64,000 nucleotides of DNA, from NCBI GenBank assembly GCA_965655095.1, contig OZ296659.1, positions 45,694,001 to 45,758,000 of the forward strand, in the 5' to 3' direction. Positions 13,813 through 27,849 of the stretch are shown piece after piece (positions within the stretch are counted from its first letter, which is position 1; the number at the start of each line of letters is the position of its first letter). The notes under the pieces were generated by a model that did no database searches, had not been told where the DNA came from, and saw nothing but the letters and a program-made list of their open reading frames with translations. The position numbers and the translations under genes were made by a program. The DNA is from Haplodiscus bocki. Lineage: Eukaryota.

Positions 13813-14562
13813 ATGATGAATAAAATTGAAGAGACGATTCAGCGATCGTTTAAGACTATGCTTCCCGGGGTCATCGAAACACTAAAAAAGGAGTTTGTTC
13901 AATCAGTTACTGCTCGAGTGGACGAAGCTGTGCAAGCCATGAAAGGGGATGTACTAAAAGAAGTGAAACAGGAACTCAAGTTCATGGAAGAGAGAACCCG
14001 CCTACATTCAATGTCGCTAACAGAGTTTCTCGAACAGTATAATCGTACAGACAACGTCAAAGTCTTTGGACTTCCATGTGAATCAAACACTGAAGGAGTA
14101 TCGATGAAAGAGAATGGGAATGACACCATCAGAAAGGTTATAGATGTATCCAACAGCATAGATGCAGGACTCTCCGAGAACGATATTTCTGTAGCACATC
14201 GCTTACCCTCGCGAATGCATCTGAAACCAGTCGTAGTGAGTTTTTCCCGAAGAGTTGCGAAAATAAAGTTGCTACAGAACACAAAGAAATTAGCGAGTTT
14301 GAGTGGATTAAATGATGTCAAGATTTACGAAGACATTACGAGACCAAGAAAGAATTTCATCAAACTGATGAGAAGTGACAACAGGGTAGAATCTGTATGG
14401 ACAAGGGACGGCACAGTCTTTTTTGTGTGCAAACAATACAAAAAGATTTACAAAATTCAAGGACTTTTTGAGGGTGGGTCCTTCATGGACTACTCTTTGA
14501 CCAACGTGATGAATTGTATTACTGGAGTTTTTGGTGGGGCACAGCAACAAGAAGGAATGTGA
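13813..14562 (+). CDS. LINE ORF1 (coiled coil plus RRM-like C-terminal part; probably the 3' part of a longer ORF1)
   Basis: EQYNRTDNVKVFGL, DISVAHRLP, KPVVVSFSRR, IYEDIT and VWTRDG are typical CR1/L2 ORF1 motifs. Confidence 0.8.
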   Translation: MMNKIEETIQRSFKTMLPGVIETLKKEFVQSVTARVDEAVQAMKGDVLKEVKQELKFMEERTRLHSMSLTEFLEQYNRTDNVKVFGLPCESNTEGVSMKENGNDTIRKVIDVSNSIDAGLSENDISVAHRLPSRMHLKPVVVSFSRRVAKIKLLQNTKKLASLSGLNDVKIYEDITRPRKNFIKLMRSDNRVESVWTRDGTVFFVCKQYKKIYKIQGLFEGGSFMDYSLTNVMNCITGVFGGAQQQEGM

Positions 14563-17483
14563 ACATAAGAAGGGCAAAAGAAAATTTTTAAATGACTTTG
14601 TGAAACCCTCCAATCCCTCTTTAATATCAGTCAAGGTGCTTTCGTTGAATGTACCGTCATTAAAAAAACAATATGCAGATGTAGAAGCACTTCTCAGTTG
14701 CCTCAAGTCTCCACCGCCTAACGTCTTGTTTTTCTGAAACCTGGTTGGAAAACAGTGATAACAATATTCTGCATCTACTACCAGGATACAATGGAGTCAT
14801 TAGTAGTAGTCAAATCAGTCGAAGGTAAGGGGGGTCAATGATTCAGGTCGGACATGGTGCGACTATTGTTAGAGAATTGAATACAAGTTTAACTGAAACT
14901 ACAATGGCATTAGTCCAGATTGATAAACAGCTCCTTTTGGTAATGAATGTTTACGCAACACCGCGAACAGATGAAATGGCCTTTCTGAGCATCCTTGATA
15001 AAGAATTGGAGTCATTGACTAAATATAAGTATCCTATCATTATCACAGGTGATGTGAATATCGGCCTTTTAAAAAGTAATAAGCTGACAAAGGATTATCT
15101 CTGCACTCTAGCTGGTAATGGTTTCCATCTAACGAATATTGCACCTACGCGAGTCTCGGCAGATACAAGTTCATGCATCGATCATTTTATTGTCAAAAAT
15201 ATAGATGACGTTAATGTGAAAACGCTTGTTAACTGTGTTATTGATCATTTTCCGTTACTCCTAGATTTTTCCATATTAGGAAACGTTGAGAGAAGTGAAC
15301 GAGAATACAGTGATCTTTCCTTTCTGAAGTGTCCTCAAAATTCAATTGAGTTTGAAAAAAAGCTGATAGCTGAACTTAATAAATTTTATCAATGCGTAGA
15401 ATCTTCAGGTGACGCAAATTTGGCTTACAATAGGTTTCTGTACGCGTTTACTGAAGTTTTCGATAAACTCGTACCGCTAAGAAATAAGTTATCTCGATCG
15501 AAAACTGATGCTGGCATGTTCAACAAAGAGTTGAATACTTTGATAAATAGAAGAAACAAGTTGCACCGACTGTGGATTAAAGAAAAGGAAAATGCGCGGA
15601 AAAGAGACTCTTTCTTGATGCAAAAAATAAAAGTTGATAAAGCAATCAGATTTGCCAAGAAAAATTTCTTTTACAAGAAGTTCGCGGACTGTATTGGAGA
15701 CTCGAGGCAACTTTTTCAAGTACTCAAAGAAGTTACTGGTACAAATTGTCAATCAAGGCAATTGAGTGTCTTAGAAGAAGACGGGTTTGAAGTATATGAA
15801 TACACGGAGATGGCCAATGCTTTAAATCATCATTTTGTTTCTATTGGACTGAAATTAGCTCAGTCTCTTCCTGTGAAGATACCACCGAAAACAGACCATC
15901 GTGCACATCAATCATTGTTTTTATTCAGAACAAACGAAAACGAATGCCTAAAGGTAATTCAACAGCTCAAAAGTAAACATTCATCTGGTCCAGACAATAT
16001 TAGTAATGTAGTACTCAAAAGTAGTGCAAGGGCAATTGCCCTTTCGTTGGAGAACTTATTAACATTTCTTTTGAATCTGGAGTGTATCCTGACATGTTGA
16101 AGAATGCTAAAGTTGTACCCCTTTATAAATCTGAGTGCTGCAAGGATCTGATTAACTACAGACCTATTTCTCTTTTAGTGTCTATTAGTAAAATTTATGA
16201 GCGTGTGATGCAGAGACGTTTGTATAGCTATTTGGGAATATACAATCTGCTGTACGATAAACAATTTGGTTTCCGTAAGAAACATTGCACTATAGATGCA
16301 CTGGCTGAATTATCGGAAATTATTCGTATGGGCTCCAAAGAGACTCATAATATCAGTGTATTCCTCGATCTCAAAAAGGCATTTGACACTCTGGATCACT
16401 CGATTTTGCTGGACAAATTGGAGGCTCACGGGGTTAGAGGAATCGCAAACAAATGGTTTGAAAGTTATCTATCGAATAGAATGCAGTTTGTAGAAGGTAA
16501 TGGTCAAGTGTCCGATTGGGCAAATGTAACAACAGGAGTTCTGCAGGGTTCTACTTTAGGACCACTTTTCTTCCTGGTAGACATCAATTACATTGCTAAA
16601 GCAGTTCAGTTTTAGCAAGTATATCTGTTGGCAGACGATACCAACATTACAAGTGTTTGTTCGTCCTCCTCAAGTTTTCAAAACAATCTCTCCAGTATAT
16701 GCGACTGGTTTCTTTTCAATAAGATATCTGTAAATGTTGATAAGTCGAGGTTAGTTAATTTTAACAGAAAGAGGAGTGCTTCAATTCTGCAGGTTGAAAT
16801 AAATGAGTCTTTATTAAATACAAATGATTATTGTATGTATTTAGGAGTTTTGGTCGATGGAAGTTTTCTGAACATGTCAGATATATAAGATTCAAACTTG
16901 CCAGGCATTCAGGCGTGATATCTAAAATGCGACATTACGTCCCGCGAAGCATTTTGTTGAAGTAATACTGTAATGTGAAACCAATTGTTCAAAATGGCAT
17001 ACTAGTTTGTGGATGTGCTTTTTTCACTCTACTTGAACCAGTTCTAGCAATGCAAAGAAAAATACTTCGGTTAATTTATTCAAACGCAAACACGAGAGTG
17101 TATCCAAAGTTTTTGAGGACTTGAAAATTCTAACAGTGCGTGAACTTCATGTCTGTGAACTCATAAATTTTGTGTACAAATCGGTCAATAGTCTTTCAAA
17201 CACTGCTTTTTTCGAAACTTTTTATGAACTCAATTCCGGTCAAAAATGTACTAGAAGTTCTAGATTGCTCACTTTTAAAATTTCAACCAAGCGATCAACG
17301 TTCCATTCTTTTTCGCTCAAGCACAGAAGCAGTAATTTTTTAAATTTTTGGAGTCAGAAAGGTTTGCTTCCAGAAAAGTTTGGCTCAATAGCCGACGGCG
17401 AAGTAACGGCTTTTGTTCATTTGTTCCGTGATCTTTATATACTTTCAAACATAGATCTCGTAAATTTTGTTTTTGAAAGGTAA
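14531..17483 (+). pseudogene. LINE ORF2 (apurinic-like endonuclease plus reverse transcriptase), disrupted
   Basis: APE motifs SLNV, ETW, GDVNI, SCIDH and DHFP; RT motifs YRPISLL, QFGFR, FLDLKKAFD, GVLQGSTLGP and LADDT; several stops and frameshifts. Confidence 0.9.
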
Positions 17484-19412
17484 AAATGTGATTATCTTGA
17501 TCTTTGATGCTTGTCGTTGATTGCTGCGATGACTTCCCGGGGCCAAAAGCAACTAATAGATGTCTTCCTGGCACAGTTCATCGTGGTGGTTGGCGGCTTG
17601 TTGATATCATCGTAGTTGGGTGCTGTGCATATACCACTCAACTTAAGATAGTCATATTCTTGAAAATAGGCTTCTTGGTCATTGCTAAAGGCCTTACTCT
17701 GCCCAAAATTTATTCAGTAGCATGAGCTCAAGAAACACTTCATCCAGCAAAAAAATAGCAAAGTATAAAAAAGGAAAAAAATGAAAAATGAATCTAAATG
17801 GTATTTTGTCGTTTTTTGCTAGTTCATTTTAGTAGCATAGGCATAGCCGGGGTAGACTCTCAAGTGGGTTCCTAGTGAGCCCTTAGTCTATCCTCTCCAT
17901 CGTTCGATTTTGCCGTCCTGATCTTATTTATATTATCTTATGTTACGATTTTTCAATTTTATAATAAATTGTATGCTTAAAATTGGGAGAAATAAATTCT
18001 TCCTTTCTTTCTTACTCCTTTAATACCACTTGGAAAAAACAGTTTCCACTAAGAGTTAACAAAAAACAATCACTTAAATTGTCTCAAAGCTTGCTTAGCT
18101 CAAGTAAATTTTAGACATTTTCATGGTGCTAGTAATCAACAAGGGCACAGCTTTTTTTTTAAAAAAAAAAGATAAACAAACAGCGCAAGCTCTGGATCAA
18201 TTTCTGAATCTTCTGTCTCCTTCCAGATGCCATGTGACGGTCCGCGTCACTGGGAGATTTATTAGCTCTATTATGCTTGAACTTGTAATTCAAGGCTTCT
18301 TCGTGATCACAACTTACCATGAGAGTGAACACTCGAACAATTAGTGCAAAGGTCACCTGAGTGGGAAAGTCCTGCGTTCTTCCTTGTCCAGAATCAATTA
18401 TAATTAGTCTTCGTAGTTTTCCATTATGAGCTCCTTGTGCTTTTAATTGAGGTTAAATCGTTAACATTATCGGGCTCAAATCTAACTCGTGGTTTAATTT
18501 GAGGTAATAAAGGGTGCAAATTCTGTTTTTTTGGGACCAATTTTATTATATTTATTCTATTTGTCAAAAGTAAAAGTTTGCATGGCACAGAAATTCTAAA
18601 TGTCAGAATGTCGAAAGTCTCAAAATTCTCTAGGATATCCGTAAATTACGTTCCAAGTTAATGTGAAATTTTCTTTTTTTTTGTCTCAAATTAATGATCT
18701 GTGTTACATTCCGAACGCTTTTTCCTTCGTAACAAGCCATAAAAAAAGTTGTAAAGTTTTTGCATTCCGTTTTTTCCCATCTTCATTGACAACTACCAAT
18801 TGAATTTGGATCACAAAATCTACATTCGCATCAAACTTGCCTGAAATTCCGATTGCTGGCTCACTTTATAAAATTAATTTATAAGAAGCGGGTGTACAGG
18901 ATTGTTCACATGTTGACGCTCCTTTGGGAAAGTATAAAATTGCTTGTCGCTCAAAACATCCGCAAATGTTCTCTGATTTCTTTTCGCCCACGATTTTGGC
19001 TTGAATAGAACTGATTGCATAAAGCTGTTGGAATTGTATTTCAAAGTCAGCGCTCCCGAAACAAACACCTTTCATGAAATTTTTCTTCAACTGTATTTTG
19101 TGCAAAAGATTGCGAGTTCAAAAATACAAAAAAAACACATAACTGCCAACAATTCCCAACATGAAAAACATTAGCAACGTGTTTGATCAGCTTATCTGAG
19201 AAAAGGTGAAGGAGTCAAAAAATGAAGGAGTGTTTTAGTGATATCTGGGCTTACTCATTATAACGTAGAAAGAGGGGGGATATGACGAAAATTTTTGGTT
19301 CTGGTGTTCTCAAAAAAAATTCGTGTTCGCGTAGAAAGAGTATTCCGAGTTCTTTTTAAGGGTTTGCGTTTTGCAAAATCTTTGGTATGTACAAAAGGCA
19401 GTGTTGTACAAT

Positions 19413-19500
19413 TAAAGGATCATTTAAAGGACCATTTAAAGGATCATATAAAGGACCATTTAAAGGATCATATAAAGGACCATTTAAATGATCATATAAA
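19413..19500. repeat. 12-bp tandem repeat (TAAAGGAYCATW, ~7 copies)
   Basis: Directly visible, with alternating variants giving a 24-bp higher-order unit. Confidence 0.9.
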
Positions 19501-20052
19501 TTTTCCTGACTTTAAATGCAAATCATATAAAGGATTTTGTTTTCAATGAAAATGAATAGTTTAAAAAACATCGAGTAGTGCCAAAAATTGCAAGCGCTAA
19601 GAAATGAACCTACGCTGTTATAATGAGAGTCGATGTAGTTAGCCAATTACGCCATTCTGCTTAGCAGATGAGAAAATAATTTTCATTAAAATTCAATGAA
19701 GGCTTCTGCAGCTTTTGCTGTATTAAACTTAAATTGATTTACATATACTACTGTGAGTTGATTCAAAGAATAAATTATCAGGTGCAATGAAAGCTTAATG
19801 TGAAAATTAGACCAGTTGCCTGGATAACAATGAGCCAGCATGAATAAAGAATTACCGGCTCCTCTAACAGAATAATTTGCAATAGTGTGTGCTGCGTTAG
19901 TTCAATATTATTATTTGTTTACACAAATTTGTTTGAACAAACGAATTTTTTAACCAAAACTCCACTTTCTTTCCAAAATTGAGTTCTATGAAGACCGCAA
20001 CTCTCTGGAAATTAGTAAATTGTTGAAAATTATCTTAATTGCCATTTCTTCC

Positions 20053-21540
20053 ATGGGTCGTATATCATCTTGTTTTCGAAATTCCTTGGAAGACATTTCG
20101 TGTTTGTACCAACTGAAAATTGCTATCGATGCAAATTATGTCCCAAATTGATGAAAGGTGTCAAGAAAGCTAACTTTGTAGAGAGTGCTCGTGACCACTT
20201 GTTCAGATTACACCCCCAAATTCGCAAGAATGACAAAGAGTACCAATTGCTCCAGCAACAGAGCCTTTGGACAACCGGCCAAGCTGTATCTAGTCACTTT
20301 GAAAAACGAGAAAGACTGGTCAAAGCACTAGCAAAGACAACTTTGCCTTTGAATCTTTTTCGTGACGCTGCGAACAAAGAAGTTCTGAATGCTTTGATCA
20401 ATTTACAGCATATTCCAGACCATCGAACACTTACAGTGGATCAAAAAAAACTAGCCGAAAGCAAACTTCAGCAACTAAAGACAGTTGATTTTTTCGGACT
20501 TCAGTTGGACCACTGGCTGAATGGGCAGAGACAACAGTGCCTGCTCATTTGGGTGTCAAGTATTACTGAGAAATGGGCTCTAATACTCCAAATAATCAAA
20601 TTTACTTTTGTTCCGAGTACCAATCAGATGTCACTGTAGCGGAAATTAATGCAAGCCTACAAGAGAATGGCTTAAAGAGCAAAAACTGCATCAGCATTCA
20701 AGCCGATATTTGCTCTGCAATGGTCGCAGCTGCTAGAAAATTCAAAAACATCAGCACTGACAGCACGGATGACGACGAAGACACTAATGAGGTACATCCA
20801 TACTATCGATCATATTCTAAGCTCGACCCAGCTACAATCAGGCAAATGGGTTAAATTATGACTAAAATTCAGCAATATGGGCGACCTTTGGAATCTGACG
20901 AGCCTTCTGTCGACAGTGTAGTATGCATTATCAAACGAATGGATTTCGTTTTAGCCAGAATGTCTGACGAGGAGAGAATTCAACAAGAAGTGAGAAACTT
21001 TTGCAGTCAACTTCGGGCTGCTATGAGCACGAAACGAAGATTCGAGACTCTTTCAACATTTTTTAATGCAGCTGCCTTGCTCAACCCAGATAAAAGTAAT
21101 CGTGATATGATGTCATCTGACGAAAAAGTCGAAGCTCGCAGTTGTTTGGAAACTTTGTCCGAACGCGTGAACACGAGAGATTCTATCGAAGTAACAGATG
21201 TCTACGTGATTGATACAGACTCAGTCGAAATTATAGAAGTGATTTGCCGCGAATCTATTTCCAGAAGAGCGGAACCATTAAACATGAATTTTGAGGAAGA
21301 ACTTAGAAGTTTCGAAAATACAATAGACGAGAAAATGTCGGCGTTTTTTTTTTCAAACGTGATGACGCAGGAGCTCAATTTCCGCTGATTCGACGAGTAG
21401 CCCCAATTGTACTTTGCGTTCCACCATCTCCAGCAGTTGCAGAGAGGGCGTTCTCCAGAGCCCAATATCTTTCTGAAAAAAGAAAAAATCGGTTTTCAAG
21501 GGAAACCATCAAACTCAGACTTCAATGCTTATGTGAATAG
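20053..21540 (+). pseudogene. hAT transposase with N-terminal BED zinc finger
   Basis: YRCKLC...ARDHLFRLHP (BED finger), LQLDHW, IQADICSAM, AAALLNP and C-terminal LCVPPSPAVAERAFS (hAT dimerisation motif); frameshifted. Confidence 0.8.
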
Positions 21541-24500
21541 TTATTTTTTGTTTTTTGTTTTTTGTATCTATTTTTTTAATTTGAATGATCTTTTGAAAAA
21601 CCCAAAATCCTTTTCATTGCGAAAATTTTTTCAAAAAAATGAAATGTACAGCACTGACAAAGGGAGTATTAAAATGTTGACGATTTTTTTTGTATTACAA
21701 TGCTGTAAAACATCGTACGGGGGACCCTTTGTGTTTTCAAAATTTGGCCCTCTCCGGGAAAGCGGAGATGACTTTCGAGAAATTGTTCCAAAATGTTCCG
21801 GAAAGTGGATTGATTCGAATGTGCTGAGTTGAAAAAAAAGCCAGATGACATGAGATCGATCACTCAAGCATTGAAGCCAGGAAGACAGAAACGTAGTATG
21901 AAAATTCTGTTCAAATTGGATCATTTGGATATGCCATCTTACGAAAAAACAAAGCCAAGAATGGCCGGAATCACGCTGCCCTTAAGGCTCAAATTACTTG
22001 CTTTGAATTTTTGCATAGAAAAATTTTTATACCATAGAGAAGTACTGTAATCCCTCAAGCTTCCGCTACCTTTAGCGCAGAAATGTTTGGGCGGATATTG
22101 GAGAGTGTGCCTAAACCGATCATTTTTTGAACAATGAAACGTCCTAAGTCTGCTCTTTTTGCCCAGGTCGAAGTATACTCGAGGTTCTTATCTATTTACC
22201 TAAGTCAATAGCATGCACGGTAACTTGGTTGAACTGGCGGATTTTTGGTTGGTATATGATCAAGGGATAACGGGAAAAAAGTTTGTTTACCGGTAAAAAA
22301 ATTGGAAGCATGGTCTCAGTTTTTTTCTAGAAAATTTGATATATCAACCAAGTTTAATAATCCGTTGATTTTATTTAGGCCAGCATTTGCGCAGCATCTT
22401 TTGGCGGATATAAGCGAACGTTGAGTGACCGAGAGTTTGATCATCTCATTTCCATTTGTGAAACCTCAAAATTGCGGCCATTTTCTGAGAATGGCGTATA
22501 ATCAAATTTGGTGATTGTTTATGCCAGGCTTAAAGAATGCTAGTATAAGTAACGGATAATCAAGGGAAAAGGGCGGTATGAAATTTTTGTTTGTGTTTGC
22601 TTTCCGCAAATTTTCCGGTTTTCGAAAGAGGTTATCAAGAAATGCTTCCGTTTTTGCTTTCCCAAAAAATCCATTTTAAGGAAATTGGAACTTCTTTCCA
22701 TTTATGGACAATTTGGAAGCTATGGTACAATTCGTATCATCAAGAACGTTAATTTGACCAGCACTGCCAAAATTCTAAAACTCTTAATAAAAAAGCGCCT
22801 ACTGAAAGGAAGTCGCTACAACAGTCGGCTCTCTTTACTAAAGTAAAGCTCCGTCTAAGGAAAATAAATCAGCTAACAGATTGTCCCTTCTTTTTTAGTG
22901 GCTTTCGGCAGGTCTATTCGCGAAATCAAAATCGGAACGAAAGCAATGTCATAATAATGGGCGTTAAAGTTAGACGAGACCAAATTCCGTCATTTTTCTA
23001 GCTTTTTCGTGAAAGTGTCCCCAGCTTTCTTGTCCTTTTCCAGTCATGTACTTATATACTTGGCTAATTTTTTCTTTCAGAAACACTAAACTGTAGTATT
23101 GTAGTAATAAACCATGCAAAATAACAAAATTGAGAGTTTTTTCCAGCAAATAACAGTGAAATTGGAGCAACACTTTGAAAGTTTGAACACAACCTAATGT
23201 GGATTACGGAACACTTTCAACGTTTAGATGTGCTTTCCAAATGGCTTGCGGTTGAGCTCTAAAAAATCGCAAATTAGAAGTGACCAAGACTTTTGCTGTT
23301 GAGTTTAAAAGGATGATCCGTTTCATCCAGAGAATTTCGAGCTACTTTATTTTCAAAAAAGTCAAAAGTGAATTAGTGGATTACAATGTACAATGCTGGA
23401 AGCCTCTTATGCGACATGCAAAACCTGTCTAAGCCGCTTTTAAAATGTATGTTTCTATACAAAGATGCAAATTACTGAAATCATATGAGTTTTTTTTAAT
23501 CCGCCAAAGAGAAACGCTTCGTCAGTTTTACGTCAAAACAACGCGAGAAGGGCTCCATTTTGGCGTTTCCAAAAAATAAATTCTAGTTTTCATCAAAAGT
23601 TACTAGCTGTAGCACCAAAATCTTCGCATCGAGCCCTTTTCGAACTTTTTGTGCTCCTGCCACTATTTTCAGAGTGCTATCTAAAGTTGATGGAAGGTCT
23701 GTGAATGTTGTTTGATAACAAGATCTCACTGGAAGCTATAAAGTACAAATCGTCGAAAAAATGAAGCGTGAGTCACTTCAAACAATCATTTCCCAATTCT
23801 TTTTGGATAAAGACACTTAAAACAATAAATGAAGACGTCAGTCGTCTTGAGTGGTCTGTAATTATTTCAGTTTTATGTTCTGATGTTCAAGTTTTCGTCT
23901 GTTAAATTCCAACGATTAAAATTTACAATTAACTGATAAAATCTCTCCATGTGTTTCAATCCACCGTTGCATACCGTATCACTGAAATCATCTGTTGCAC
24001 GAAAAAATGTGTACTTGTTTCACCTTCCGGAAATCATTTTCTACGCAGATATAGGAAAAGTGTCTACGCATTTGTTTGAATTAAATAGTCGAATCAACTG
24101 AATCTAGCAGGTTTACTACGCCTTGGAAATGTGTGATTCCGATCTTTCGTACTCGCTGAAATAAATTCTTAAAATTCGTTTTTTTTTCGGATGGAATTTT
24201 TTGAAAGTTCCTACTGGTCATTAGCATTTTTTTGAACATTTCAGCGTTCAAGTAAGTGCTTTTGGTCATTGTTTATGCGAAAATATTCCTGGACATTGCC
24301 TTAAATTAGTCCATTTACCGATGTTTTTGAGGAATGTTGTTTTCACACACATACATCAGTCTCCAATCGGCCTTCACTTAGCTTTGTTTTCCCCCAATCT
24401 AATGCAAAAGACGATTGTAAGATTTGCGAGTCATCATAGACGATACAGATTCCTTTTCATAGGGAAAATATAAAGTATCGACTTTGGCCCCGGCATTATT

Positions 24501-26986
24501 GTTTTCAGATTACCGGAAGGCCTTCCGTCGATTCTATGTTGGCTTTGAAAACAAACGAAAAGACGGTTCGAAGTTGTTTAGATTCAATGACCTTCCGGAC
24601 TTGAATTTGAGCTAATAGAAGAAAAACTCAATAAAAAATGCTTTTCTACTAAGTTTGTCAGTGTTTCTCTTCATGACCGCGATTCGTTATTCCTCGGTTT
24701 TTATCGGACTCGAGATCAAAATGAGTAAGCCAAAGAAATTTCTTTGCGAATCATGCGACGTATTATAAGTGGTCCAGGAGCTTATGATTACTTTTCCATT
24801 GGAAAAATTGTTGAGATCTCGAAGTGTTACCTAGTTTTTGTTGAATTGAGAAAGTTTTACTTGGGATAGTATGAGACATTTTGGCAGGAAAATTTCATAA
24901 AGAGAAACATATAATGAAGTTGATTTTCTGGTTCCGATAGGTTTCAATGTTAATCTTGAAAAAATATTAGAACCAAAAAGCTTTGTTGAGAAGTTCATTT
25001 CAATTTTGCTCTTTCTTTCCATGTTTTGCCTCACCTCGAATATCAACAATTGCGATTCTAAGCTGAGCTAATCAGCAAAGTTGGATCGTAAGCTCTGTTG
25101 GGTACCATAGCCAATCCACAATTTTTCAATTATCTTCTGTTTGAAAAATTAATGTATCTATGACATTTTAGCCAGCGTTTGTTGCTTTTAAAACACTATG
25201 TCAAGAATTTCGAAACTTCCATCGAACGTGATTCAACTTGAGAGGTTATGAATTGGTGAATTTAGCTTTAATTTTGGTCTTGGACGTTGTGGTAGTTCTC
25301 TCAAACCAAGTGGTCAGGAAACTAGCTATCCTCAAAGGCTTGTTTCAATTATTGATATCTTCCTAACTGTGTATTATCTTTTTGTTTTCTAGTCTTTGAA
25401 CCAGTTGAAATGACAGGGTAGTTAATCTTGTGAGTTATTGATATATTTTGGAAATTCTAAGTTTCTCTTCATTGCGATAAATGTTAAGATTTCTGCTTTG
25501 ACCCAGCGTTTATTCCTCTTGCCTCGCTATATTTTCAAACAAAAGCTTTCATCGACACTATTTTGTTTCAGCAACATCGAGAAAGAATGGAATTTATGTT
25601 TGGTATCAATGACAGTGGATTTCATTGAATTCTAAGCAATACATTTCAATTAGTTAATTGAAAATAAATTCAGAAAAATTGACTTTCGATAAAGTTGCCT
25701 TTTTTCCTTCTTTCTCAACATTAGTTCGTATCCAGTCGATTATTACGCACTAGATTTCAAACTGAAGAAGTGAAATAACCTTGATGATCTTGAAGAAGTT
25801 CACGTGCGAAAATACTGAATGAAGGTGACTGAAAGATCGGCCATAAATAGATTGCCACAATCTTGGAATTGACCCTCGAAAAACCATGTGAATTCCTATA
25901 CTACTTGCCTATACTAATACATAGGTTAAGCCGGGAAATGGGTATGGGGTTAAGGAGGTATTAACGTTCTCACCAATTCTGATCCAATATAGTATCCGAG
26001 TAAGAGCCTTGTCATTGCCGAGTTGTGGCAACGCAGGTACTTGCAAAAATCTAAAAATTATTAAAATTATTCAAACTTGGTTGCAGAGGTTGACGAGGTT
26101 AACGGTTAAAGCTAAGCAGTGGAAGTGGTCGGAGAAGTTTCAATGGAATTAAGTTCTCAATTTTAATGTTAATTAGTATCCGAGCGAATGGCTGGCCAAT
26201 TGCAAACTGTGTGCTCTTTTTGATGAATTTCTTCTTGAAAATGAAACTTCTCGTGGAATGAATGGCAGTCGCTACAAGCTACCCTCGTACATAGAAGTCC
26301 TCCAGAAGGTCATCTCAAATTTTTCCAAAGTCCTATTCGCCTTGGACTGCTATAACTCTCAATGGATTTTCGCACTCTTGATTTTGTCAAAATTAGCTAT
26401 TTTTGAGGCTGTCTGATTTTAAGCTATTTAAGCGATGTATATCAATGAAGGAGTTTCGAATAAGAAAAGGGACATTTTTTGAACCAACAAATTCCGGTCA
26501 TTTTTCAATAACTCGTGACATGAATAATTTTCAAGGTCTAGGTTCAGATGCTATCGAAGAAGGAAGAAAATGGACGCACATTTCGATGCGTATATTTTTA
26601 TCCCATCTTTTTGCGTATTACGTAAACAGAGGAGTTGGTTGTAATTAATTTAAAAGAAAGTCAGAAACGACACGCCTCAAGTTTTGAGGAAGCAAATTTT
26701 TGGTCTGCCGTCTTTCTTTTCGGTATGAATAACTAATACTGACTGATTCATTGATTGATTGATGACAGGGATCCTTAACAGGTGAAACAGCTCTGTCATC
26801 TCGTCAGCTGAAAGGTGCTGACTGCGGCCAGCTTACCTTTCATTAATCAATCAGTCTAGTATTTTGATCACGCTGTTCTTGTGTCCAAAAAAGCAAGCAA
26901 GCAGGATCGAAAAAGCAGGTATGACAAAAAATCGACATGGCAAAATTTGAGACAGTACGAACGCTCATGCTCACATGTACGGTGAA

Positions 26987-27230
26987 TTATTTATTTATTT
27001 ATTTATTTATTTATACTATACGAATTGAATCTCTGTGAACACCGAGTAGGTAAATATTTGACTTGAAAATCAAATAACTTTGTGGATGGCAATCTCAAAA
27101 ACTCCAAATTGATTGAAAAACTTCTCAGCAAAGTTTTCGTGCTCAGCATGTGTTGTCAATCTCAGGACTTCCTGTTGTAGAAATGAAACTATATTTTACA
27201 AACAAGGAACAATTTTTCAAAAAAAATGAA
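26987..27230 (-). mobile_element. Probable LINE 3' end fragment with (TAAA)n tail
   Basis: (TTTA)n microsatellite at ~26987-27014 abutting degenerate sequence; family not identified. Confidence 0.4.
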
Positions 27231-27849
27231 GAATAATCTTATTCACAGATAGTGCTAGCAACTGACTCAAAAATGGATTTTAGTTGTAGTTTCCGGCCGA
27301 GAAAAGTGGAGTTTATCTAGTTTCATTTAGGAAGCTCCTTCAATTCTGCTCAAACCCGAAAATTTGGAACTAATTTACCGTGATAGAGATTTTTCCGCCT
27401 TTTTGAAGAAGGTAATATATCCTTGGACAAAATTCGACGAGAATTCTGTTGACGCGTCGAAAAATTTTGCGTGAAATTTTCATGGTGTTTTGTAATACGG
27501 TATCAGCTCTCTTTTAGTTGTCAAAATAATGGTTGGAACAGTAATATGTGATTTTCTTCCTTGATGACAAAGTGTAACGACCAGTTTTGTCGAAAAGGTG
27601 AGAATTTGAATTTTTATTTGCGGTCTTAGAAATGAAAATTTTTTGAATGTTTTAAATATTAATTAAAGTTTCTAAAATTATAAAATTATCGCGTTACGCA
27701 TAACGCTCAGACGTTGATTGGTTGGGATATGAGTGATTAATTAAATCTAACCTTTTGAGGGGACACTGCTGATGAGATGAATATAAAAGTAAAAAAGCTG
27801 GAGATATAAACCAATGGAGTTGCATAAATATTTTTTATAAAAAATTCTA

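Larger units (their letters stand above)
13100..17790 (+). mobile_element. Degenerate CR1/L2-group LINE (non-LTR retrotransposon)
   Basis: ORF1 followed by an APE-RT ORF2 and an A-rich 3' end (~17750-17790); 5' boundary approximate. Confidence 0.85.
19399..21705 (+). mobile_element. hAT-superfamily DNA transposon (degenerate); ends tentative
   Basis: Contains a hAT transposase relic; imperfect inverted ends CAGTGTTGTA and TACAATGCTG; no matching 8-bp TSD found. Confidence 0.5.

Noticed and set aside
21800-24800. Additional minus-strand LINE relic
   Set aside because: Only faint RT-like hints (e.g. TVLLYG); too degenerate to support.
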